A stretch of 50,252 nucleotides of DNA. Origin: Candidatus Caccenecus avistercoris (lineage in GTDB: Bacteria; Bacillota_I; Bacilli_A; RF39; UBA660). Made by a program: the position numbers and the translations under genes. This document shows positions 29,660 through 37,121 of the stretch, piece by piece (positions within the stretch are counted from its first letter, which is position 1; each line of letters begins with the position of its first letter). Location: contig DVJF01000036.1 in assembly GCA_018716965.1 (NCBI GenBank), positions 1 through 50,252 on the forward strand. The letters run 5' to 3'. A model generated the notes under the pieces. It was not told the DNA's origin and did not search any database. It saw only the letters and a list, made by a program, of their open reading frames with translations.

Positions 29660-30784
29660 TTAACTGGTTTTTGTTTTTCTAATATTTATAGAGTTTATTA
29701 GAATAACTAGTACCAATAAAATTATATATATACAAATAATTAACAGATATGGAGGTATATAATTACTATTCTCAAAAAAATATGAACTTAATAAACAGTA
29801 CTTTGCTAAATAAAATATTATCACATATATTATAAATGCTATTAACATTGAAATTATAGAAATTGTTAGCATTTCTAAATTAGATATGCTTTTGATTTCT
29901 GTATTTGAATATCCAATATTTTTTAGCATACTATAGTAATTTTTATTGTTTTTATTTTTTTTAATTATTAATAAAATTGTTATTAATACAAATATTATAA
30001 TTAAAAATATAATTATTGCATTTGTTATATTTAATATTTGATTTATAGTTTCATAATCAATTTCTGCCATTGCTTGTGTTGCGTATCCCAAAGTGCTTAG
30101 CTGTTCTTTTACATCATTCACATTTTCGATTGAATCTACTTGAACAAAGTAGTCATAAATTTGATTATCTTGATTCTCTTTATCTTTAATCGCTTGAAAA
30201 TCTTTTAAAGAGATAAAACATACATTTTTACCAAAGACATAATTATTAGAATCGTATGTATCTGTAATCTCAAATTCAATATCATATACACTAAATTTTG
30301 TCCCTATATATTCCTTTCCTTTTAGTATTTTAAAGTAATTCATTTCATTACTTGTTGTATTTGGATAAAATTCTATAGGACAAATAGCAATTCCCGTACT
30401 CTCATTAGGATTTATTAAAGTATTATTAGAAGTTTTAATATCGTTTGAATTTAAAATTGGTTGTAATTCAATGGTTCCATCAAGTCCATTTACTGCTAAA
30501 GTTTTAACTTGAGTTGGAAAATATCCCATATATTTTTCACTAGTGATTGCTTCAACATGATCAATGTTTGATATTTTATCTAAATCGTTGCTACTATTAA
30601 ATACTGATAATCTTCTAAAGTATATATTATTATAGGACAAATCGACATTTTCTACGAAAAAATTATGTGCTGTATAAGTCAATAATAAGCTTATAAAAAC
30701 AAGAATATAGGATATTATAATGAGTATATTGTATCTGTTTTTTATCCTTTTTTTTACTAATAAAAACCTATCATACAAATTCAT
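29660..30784 (-). CDS. FtsX/MacB-like ABC permease
   Basis: TM, large loop, three TMs with MLKNIGYS motif. Confidence 0.82.
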   Translation of the reverse strand: MNLYDRFLLVKKRIKNRYNILIIISYILVFISLLLTYTAHNFFVENVDLSYNNIYFRRLSVFNSSNDLDKISNIDHVEAITSEKYMGYFPTQVKTLAVNGLDGTIELQPILNSNDIKTSNNTLINPNESTGIAICPIEFYPNTTSNEMNYFKILKGKEYIGTKFSVYDIEFEITDTYDSNNYVFGKNVCFISLKDFQAIKDKENQDNQIYDYFVQVDSIENVNDVKEQLSTLGYATQAMAEIDYETINQILNITNAIIIFLIIIFVLITILLIIKKNKNNKNYYSMLKNIGYSNTEIKSISNLEMLTISIISMLIAFIIYVIIFYLAKYCLLSSYFFENSNYIPPYLLIICIYIILLVLVILINSINIRKTKTS

Positions 30785-30806
30785 AACATACCTCTTATTT
30801 TTTTAA

Positions 30807-30853
30807 ATTATATAATATATTTTTCCTTTTGTCTATATATATTTTTCCTTTTT
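30807..30853 (-). promoter_or_regulatory. SigA-type promoter with direct-repeat operator for the ABC cassette
   Basis: TAGACA-17-TATAAT on the minus strand; AAAAGGAAAAATATAT occurs twice, 22 bp apart, flanking the -35. Confidence 0.65.
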
Positions 30854-30947
30854 TAAAATTAGTTATAAAATGACTATAAATAGCATTTTAAAACATATTT
30901 ATTTTTTTCTTTTTTAATTTATAAGAAATACAAAATATGGAAGTTTT

Positions 30948-31409
30948 TCATATTATTTTTTCGTTTGACTTGCCCAAAAGCCAGTCAACAGATATATTAT
31001 AAGTTCTGGCAATGTCATAGCAAAAAGAGGTTTGTATAAGTCTAATTTTATTTTCGTAATTTGTAAATGTGGTTTTACAAGAATTAAGGCTACTTGCGAA
31101 TTCCGTTACAGTCAGATTATAATCTTTTCTTATTTCTTTTAGCCTTTGAGCTATTATATCCATATCTATATCTTTATGCTTAATACTTTTGGTTTTGTTT
31201 GTTAATCCCAATAAATAATCAATGCTTATATTATAAAAGTTAGATAATTCATTCAAATACTTTAAAGGAATTAATCTTCTATTTAATTCCCAATCACAAT
31301 ACATTGTATTAATTATACCCAATTTCTTTGCTATTTCTACTTGTTTATAATCATGGTACGTTCTGATTTCTTTTAATCTATCAGATATAGGTGTTTTAAT
31401 ATTCTTCAT
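30948..31409 (-). CDS. Tandem XRE HTH regulator
   Basis: Two RLKEIR...S.D.LLG repeats. Confidence 0.92.
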   Translation of the reverse strand: MKNIKTPISDRLKEIRTYHDYKQVEIAKKLGIINTMYCDWELNRRLIPLKYLNELSNFYNISIDYLLGLTNKTKSIKHKDIDMDIIAQRLKEIRKDYNLTVTEFASSLNSCKTTFTNYENKIRLIQTSFCYDIARTYNISVDWLLGKSNEKII

Positions 31410-31612
31410 ATGATCACCATGTACATTTTACTTTTTAATTTTTTAATAAAGAAAAATATTGTACATACGTGGTCTTTGTGTTATAATTTTATTGGAAATA
31501 GGAGTTCATCATCTTCTTATTTCCATTTAACAAATCGCTTTCCATACAGCGAAAAGTTTACTTTCAAATATTTATTATTTGTGCTGAGTAAGGTACTATT
31601 TATTTTAGTACC

Positions 31613-31870
31613 TTATTCTTTTGGTGGTATATAGACAATTATATCATTTAGCTCACAGTTTAATACATAACAAAGTCTTGCTAGTATTTCTTTGTCAAAT
31701 CTTACTACATTATCATTCATGTAATTATTTATTGCTCTGTGATGAATTCCTGTTCTTTTGACTAATTGTGTTCTTGATATGTTTTGTTTATCCATAATCT
31801 CTTTTAAATTGCATTTGATGTTTCCATAATTTACAAAACTAATTACTTTTCTCATGTTATTGTCTTTCAT
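31613..31870 (-). CDS. Cro/C1-type HTH regulator
   Basis: LKEIMD...ISRTQL...LARLCYVLNCELNDI. Confidence 0.9.
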   Translation of the reverse strand: MKDNNMRKVISFVNYGNIKCNLKEIMDKQNISRTQLVKRTGIHHRAINNYMNDNVVRFDKEILARLCYVLNCELNDIIVYIPPKE

Positions 31871-32020
31871 AGTGTCACCTCAATTTCATAAATATTTTAT
31901 CATTTATACTGGATAAATAAGAGCCGGATAAATATACTGTATAAATATACACTAGGTGTTCCATTATTTTCTGAATTGTGTTAAAATATATTTGTAGTAA
32001 AAAAAAGAAATAACTGCAAA

Positions 32021-32272
32021 TTATTTCTTTTGATCAACTCTTTTATAGTTGACTACATCTCTTTCGATAAGTAGCTGATATGGTTCGATTTTAAAAGTGT
32101 CAGCTATTTTATCAAAAAAATCGGAAGTAACATTTCTTTTAGCATTTTCTAATTGAGAAATATAAGCTGGACTAGATTTCATTTTTTCAGCTAACATTTC
32201 TTGCGACCAATTATTTTTATGCCTGAAGTAGATTATATTATTAGCAAGTAATTTTCTTGTCTTGTTTTTAAT
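32021..32272 (-). CDS. XRE HTH regulator; probable ATT start
   Basis: WSQEMLAE...YISQLENAKRN; perfect SD GGAGGTGA 5 nt before ATT at 32272. Confidence 0.85.
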   Translation of the reverse strand: MKNKTRKLLANNIIYFRHKNNWSQEMLAEKMKSSPAYISQLENAKRNVTSDFFDKIADTFKIEPYQLLIERDVVNYKRVDQKK

Positions 32273-32425
32273 ATTAATCACCTCCAAAGCCACTTCTTTA
32301 ATTATTATGTTAAGTTTTTTGCTCAAATATGTCCATATTAAAGGTGGAAAGGTTTGTGTGCTAAATGTATTTGCTATTTTTCTAAAAAAATTTAAAATTA
32401 TAATACTAGGAAAGGACCTTTTGAA

Positions 32426-33133
32426 ATGAAAATAAGTATTAAAAGTGTTAGAAATGATTTAAAAAATATTGTATTAAATAAAAATTATGACTCGATGATT
32501 TATAGAATTGTAGACAATGGTTGCTTAGATTTTTTTTTAACTGATATTGATGATGTTTCTGTAACTAACCCTGTTACTAAAGAATGTATATCTGCTTATG
32601 AACAAGTAATAAAATTGTTAGATAGATTAGTTTTAGTATTAAAAAATGATTTTATTAGTTCTTTACCTCATCAAGAATTTATTATTGAAAAAATAATTGA
32701 ATCTAATCAAGAAAAAGTTAGCAATTACCTTAAATTAAAATGCTGTCTAAATAATTCCGAATGTAATAATATAGTTTTAAAAAATGTATATGAAATAGCT
32801 ATTAGTAATTTTTGTAAAAATTTAGAATATGTACCTGAATTAAAGAGTTTATTTCTTAAACTCGATATAGATCCTGATAAAAATTACAATTCTAATTTAA
32901 TGAAAATTAAAAAGCTTCTAATTGATATTATTAATTGCAATCAAAAAGAATATCAAGCTATCTATCTCTTTAGTGATGCAAGATATGATATTACTAATGA
33001 ACTAACACACAAAAATTCACAAGATGACTTTCAGTTAGCAACTAAAGAAATTACTAAAAATTATCAATTTAGATATTCAATTCTTTTAGATAATTATTAT
33101 GTTAAAAAGAAGTATTTAAAGATATTTGATTAA
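32426..33133 (+). CDS. Hypothetical protein
   Basis: 235-aa ORF with SD GGAAAGGA; no motif recognised. Confidence 0.7.
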   Translation: MKISIKSVRNDLKNIVLNKNYDSMIYRIVDNGCLDFFLTDIDDVSVTNPVTKECISAYEQVIKLLDRLVLVLKNDFISSLPHQEFIIEKIIESNQEKVSNYLKLKCCLNNSECNNIVLKNVYEIAISNFCKNLEYVPELKSLFLKLDIDPDKNYNSNLMKIKKLLIDIINCNQKEYQAIYLFSDARYDITNELTHKNSQDDFQLATKEITKNYQFRYSILLDNYYVKKKYLKIFD

Positions 33134-33298
33134 TCAAAAGCGGATAAGTGTGTCATTCCATACCAATTTTATAAAAAATTATTTTCTAATTTCTTAACAT
33201 AGTTGGGTGGGCGGGAATACTTTCTTATAAAGCAGTTCTTTTTATCTCTTAAATAGATAGTTATTATAATGTTTAAATATATTTTTAAAATATGCATT

Positions 33299-33342
33299 AA
33301 AAAATCAAGAGTAAATAAAAGTAATTAAACTCTTGATTTTTT
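33299..33342. terminator. Bidirectional terminator-like inverted repeat
   Basis: AAAAAATCAAGAGT/ACTCTTGATTTTTT between convergent genes. Confidence 0.6.
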
Positions 33343-33391
33343 TGTTGTATTTTATGTCTTTTTTAAATGATATTTATATTATTTCTACTAG

Positions 33392-34099
33392 TTATTCTAG
33401 AACTTCACTTTGCTCATATGCTTTAGTATCATAATTATAAATCTTATTATTTTCTACTTTTCTAATACCATAATACTCACACATAGGCATTAGTTTTCCA
33501 TCTACGTACGTTAAGAACAAAATATATTCATCACTTGAATTATTAAAGTCAAGTAAATTATTAGGACCAAATTCTTGAAGAATGTAATAATTTTTTCTTT
33601 GATTTACTGCCACATCTTTAAATTCATCTTCTCTAAGTGTATTTTGATTTTCAGAAATAAATTGTTGTAAGTCCATTAATCCACCAGTTCTTTCAATTGT
33701 GACATTAGTACTTAATGTTGTTTTTTCTGAATTATTTTTTAGTACTTCACTAACATTAAATAAAGTAGATGTTTTAATTCTTTCTTTTTCTGAATATGTT
33801 TTTAAATTTTTATTAAATGTTCCTATGAGAACTACGTCTGATTCTTCATAAAGAGTTTCCGGTGTAGGTTCAAAAGCAAAACTATATTCTGAAGATATAG
33901 TGTATAGATGATCATCTTCTACATTTTCTAGGAGTTCTTCTATTGTTGTATAAGTTTTGTTTTGTTGTACTTCCTTTTCTGTAATATCATTATTTTCTTT
34001 TTTGGAAAAAGTCTTTATTCCAACAGGAATTGCTATTAGAACTAACAAAATAACTATACCTAAAACTAAAATTTTTTTTCTAGATTTCATTTTAAACAC
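33392..34099 (-). CDS. Membrane-anchored extracellular protein, partner of the metalloprotease
   Basis: N-terminal TM; L...SD.V..G, GG and EYILFL pattern; overlaps the upstream stop. Confidence 0.78.
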   Translation of the reverse strand: MFKMKSRKKILVLGIVILLVLIAIPVGIKTFSKKENNDITEKEVQQNKTYTTIEELLENVEDDHLYTISSEYSFAFEPTPETLYEESDVVLIGTFNKNLKTYSEKERIKTSTLFNVSEVLKNNSEKTTLSTNVTIERTGGLMDLQQFISENQNTLREDEFKDVAVNQRKNYYILQEFGPNNLLDFNNSSDEYILFLTYVDGKLMPMCEYYGIRKVENNKIYNYDTKAYEQSEVLE

Positions 34100-34715
34100 C
34101 TCCTAATTTTGTTACTAGTCCTAGACTATCAATTTCAGAAACTGCTGTAGCTGTAGTGGTATTTAACCAATTGTGCATTACAGAAGCTGGATTATCTGGT
34201 TGATGTGCTAACCCGAAAACGTGTCCCATTTCATGAATAATTAATAATTTTCTTTTTGTTGGATTATCTCCATAATACTCTTGAAAGTAGTCTTCGTGAA
34301 TATATATTTTACAATATAGCCAATTTCTACTTGGTGCACCAGTAGGACCTTGGACTTGAGTTCCACCCTTTATGAAAAAGTTGGTTACTCCATTAGTTCC
34401 ATCTGATAAATTATTGTCCTTATAAAAATCCATAGGGCTATCTGTTCTTATATAAGTTCTTGTCATTGGATATAATGGGTTGGTGTGATATCCTGTATGA
34501 AACCAGTTTTGAGCGGCTTGGCTTATTGCTGAATTCCAGATTGAAGATGTATCAACTATATAATAATAAGCAGCTTGTCTGTAATTCCAAGTCCAATCAT
34601 ATTCATAAAAGTAATACGTAAAGTATCGTGGTTGTGCTTCAAGAGCATTTACGTTTTTGGGAATAATTATACAAAATAGACTAATTAAGCAAGCAAACAA
34701 CAATTTTCTTTTCAA
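34092..34715 (-). CDS. Secreted metzincin (M10/matrixin-like) metalloprotease
   Basis: Signal peptide; HEMGHVFGLAH zinc motif; SVM Met-turn. Confidence 0.9.
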   Translation of the reverse strand: MKRKLLFACLISLFCIIIPKNVNALEAQPRYFTYYFYEYDWTWNYRQAAYYYIVDTSSIWNSAISQAAQNWFHTGYHTNPLYPMTRTYIRTDSPMDFYKDNNLSDGTNGVTNFFIKGGTQVQGPTGAPSRNWLYCKIYIHEDYFQEYYGDNPTKRKLLIIHEMGHVFGLAHQPDNPASVMHNWLNTTTATAVSEIDSLGLVTKLGGV

Positions 34716-35030
34716 GATTATCCTCCTTTCTATATGTATTCCAATAGAAATGGATAGTTGTCAACTGCTACACATCATATAAACTCAAAACATTTCATAT
34801 CGTTGCCTTATATATATCATAGGTATTGTATAAAGTCAAGTATATTTGTATATTTTTGCACATGGTTCGACAAGATTTTCATATTATATTGTCTATAATA
34901 GTTACAATAAAGCGATTGTTGACAGATAATTGCTAATAATAGAAAGTGTGAGTCGAGTTTAAGTTGTTTTTGTAACTATTATTACATTGACATCTTAGAG
35001 TAACAATCAGCTTATCTAGGAACGATGCCT

Positions 35031-35174
35031 ATGATTAAGCTGTATCCTAAACTTAATACTTTGCTTTTAAGAGGCGATTATATTCCTAATTGTAGGGATA
35101 TAGTCGCCTCTTTTTTTGATGTTTGGATAAGACCTCCTCCTTTTCAATTAAATTTTGAAAATTTGGTTGATTAG
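35031..35174 (+). CDS. Candidate leader peptide upstream of the sigma-like gene
   Basis: Open frame from ATG 35025/35031 to TAG 35172-35174, which overlaps the next SD; contains RPPP. Confidence 0.35.
   Translation: MIKLYPKLNTLLLRGDYIPNCRDIVASFFDVWIRPPPFQLNFENLVD
35069..35117 (+). terminator. Strong intrinsic terminator/attenuator upstream of the sigma-like gene
   Basis: AAGAGGCGATTATATTCCTA/TAGGGATATAGTCGCCTCTT stem then T run. Confidence 0.85.
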
Positions 35175-35182
35175 GAGGAAAT

Positions 35183-35659
35183 ATGAAAAAAATACCAATT
35201 AGAAATAAAAGTAAAGATAATCCTTATACTTTAAAATTTAATGATGTTAAAAACACTTATGTAGTTGAATTTAAAGATAATAAAAATATTTTACATAATA
35301 TTGAAATTTCGGATAAAGTTTATGAGGCATTTAATCAATTTGAGCTTGATGATGTTTCACAAATACATAAGTATCAAAGGCATATAGAACACTCAGAGAT
35401 TTATGAAGAAACCTTAAATTCAAGAGCTATAAGGAAAGAGTTATCTGTTTATGAAATTGTAGAAAATAAAATTATATCTGAAATACTCAAGGAAGCTATT
35501 GATATGTTACCTGAAATTCAGAAAAGAAGAATTATAAAATATTTTTTTATGGATAAAACGTATGAACAAATCGCTTCTGAAGAAAAATGTACGAAAATTG
35601 CTGTTAAATATAGTATTGATCGTGCATTAGAAAAAATAGCACAAAATTTTAAATTTTAG
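35183..35659 (+). CDS. ICE sigma-70 region 4-like regulator (Tn916 Orf7-like role)
   Basis: RHIEHSE, L.EAID.LPEIQKRRI..YF...TYEQIA..E.C...AV..SI.RALEKI. Confidence 0.88.
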   Translation: MKKIPIRNKSKDNPYTLKFNDVKNTYVVEFKDNKNILHNIEISDKVYEAFNQFELDDVSQIHKYQRHIEHSEIYEETLNSRAIRKELSVYEIVENKIISEILKEAIDMLPEIQKRRIIKYFFMDKTYEQIASEEKCTKIAVKYSIDRALEKIAQNFKF

Positions 35660-35686
35660 ACTTAACTTTTTATGTTTAAGTGGCTA

Positions 35687-36125
35687 AACAAGTGAAAGAA
35701 TAATTTTTATTCTTTCACTTGTTCTTTTTGGAACGTCAGTTCTTTGAAAACTCTATATACTTAGTTGCCAAATACATTCCTATTATTATTTGATGACAAA
35801 TAAGCACTTTAGTAGGTACGCTTGCGATTAATACCTGACTATAAATATTGGGTTGCTCCTGATAATGCGATAACAAATAATAGGTATAATGATACTTTCG
35901 TATAGCCATAGATACAAGCATTGGGTACGACTCTGTGAGAACCACAGTTGAGGTGAAATTCCTATGGAGCTATCTAGCAAATAGCCATTTGGTAACTCCC
36001 TGTGTTAAGGGGTAGATATAATATTAACACGTGTATAATTGAATGATTAATATTGGTTGGGGTTTATATGGATAAATATTGTTTATATTTTAGCGAACTT
36101 TATTAAACAACCAATATTAAGTACA
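35687..36125 (+). ncRNA. Putative structured cis-acting RNA between the sigma-like gene and mazF/xis/int
   Basis: No credible ORF; at least seven helices found by eye; boxA-like GTTCTTTGAAAAC at 35739-35751. Confidence 0.7.
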
Positions 36126-36143
36126 TATTAAGAAAGGAAAATT

Positions 36144-36335
36144 ATGAAAAAATATGAAATTAAAGTTCAAGAAATAAAAACAACAATTTTTGAATTAAGT
36201 GCAAAAAATAAAAAAGAAGCACAGGAAATGGTGGAGGAAATAATTTATAATACATATATTTTAAATTTAAAGGAAATTAAATCTCATAAAAGTATTTATT
36301 TTGATATTAGAAAAATTAAAAGAGGTATAAGATGA
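36144..36335 (+). CDS. DpnD/PcfM-like small protein
   Basis: MKKYEIKVQE....FELSAKNKKEAQEMV pattern; SD GAAAGGA; ATGA overlap with mazF. Confidence 0.7.
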   Translation: MKKYEIKVQEIKTTIFELSAKNKKEAQEMVEEIIYNTYILNLKEIKSHKSIYFDIRKIKRGIR

Positions 36336-36688
36336 AAAAACTTGTTAGAGGCTCTATTTTTTATGCCGATTTAAAAGGTAGTCTTGGTAGTGAGCAAGAT
36401 GGTATTCGCCCTGTTTTGGTAATACAAAATAATACAGGTAATAAATTTAGCCCTACAACTATTATTGCTTCTATTACCACAAAAAATGAGAATATACTTC
36501 CTACTCATGTTTTAATTAAATCTTTTGATAAAATGAAGTATGACTCTATAATAATGTTAGAACAGATTAGAACAATAGATAAATCGAGATTAAGAGGTTT
36601 TGTATGTTCTTTAAAACCTGAACAGTTAGTAGAGGTAGACCGTGCTTTGGTAATGTCATTAAATATTAATGTTAAACAGTTAATATAA
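36332..36688 (+). CDS. mazF: PemK/MazF-family endoribonuclease
   Basis: RGSIFYADL...GSEQDGIRPVLVIQN, LEQIRTIDKSRL. Confidence 0.93.
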   Translation: MKKLVRGSIFYADLKGSLGSEQDGIRPVLVIQNNTGNKFSPTTIIASITTKNENILPTHVLIKSFDKMKYDSIIMLEQIRTIDKSRLRGFVCSLKPEQLVEVDRALVMSLNINVKQLI

Positions 36689-36808
36689 ATTTTGTCAAAT
36701 CTATAAATTAGAAAAAAGCTAAAAATTTGTACATTGGTAAAAATAAACAGAATTTTGTATTATGCTTTTGAGATACAATTTCTGTTTTTATTTTGGAAAG
36801 GAGGAACA

Positions 36809-37111
36809 ATGAACAAAGAAAACTTTTCTCTTGGAGAGTTAGTTTTTGAAATTGGTTGTTTATTAAAAAAATATGAGTTAAGTAATGCAAAAAGTAAAAA
36901 TGAGAGAAATTTATTAAAAACTAAAGAGGTTTTAGAGCAATATCCACTATTAACACAATATGGCTTAGAACAAGCTATTAAAGAAGAAAAAATCCCAGTT
37001 ATTAAACGTGGGCGATTAAATTTTTATGATAGTCGTGATATTGAAAAATATATTGATAATCAAAAAACAACTGGAAGTGATTGTATCTCAGAAAAAATTA
37101 AATATGTTTAG
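36809..37111 (+). CDS. Excisionase-like HTH protein
   Basis: LLKTKEV...IKEEKIPVIKRGR..FY...DIEKYI; SD GAAAGGAGG; directly upstream of the integrase. Confidence 0.8.
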   Translation: MNKENFSLGELVFEIGCLLKKYELSNAKSKNERNLLKTKEVLEQYPLLTQYGLEQAIKEEKIPVIKRGRLNFYDSRDIEKYIDNQKTTGSDCISEKIKYV

Positions 37112-37121
37112 GAGTGATACA

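Noticed and set aside
31410..31634. 74-aa plus-strand ORF between XRE genes
   Set aside because: No SD or motif; covers a probable promoter region.
33200..33220. G-rich GGGTGGGCGGG as a G-quadruplex
   Set aside because: Only three G tracts and no supporting context.
35736..35945. 69-aa minus-strand ORF in the structured region
   Set aside because: No SD or recognisable motif; RNA structure explains the region better.
35687..36125. Group II intron, suggested by the AGGTGAAATTCCT hairpin
   Set aside because: No reverse transcriptase ORF, domain V or intron termini recognised.
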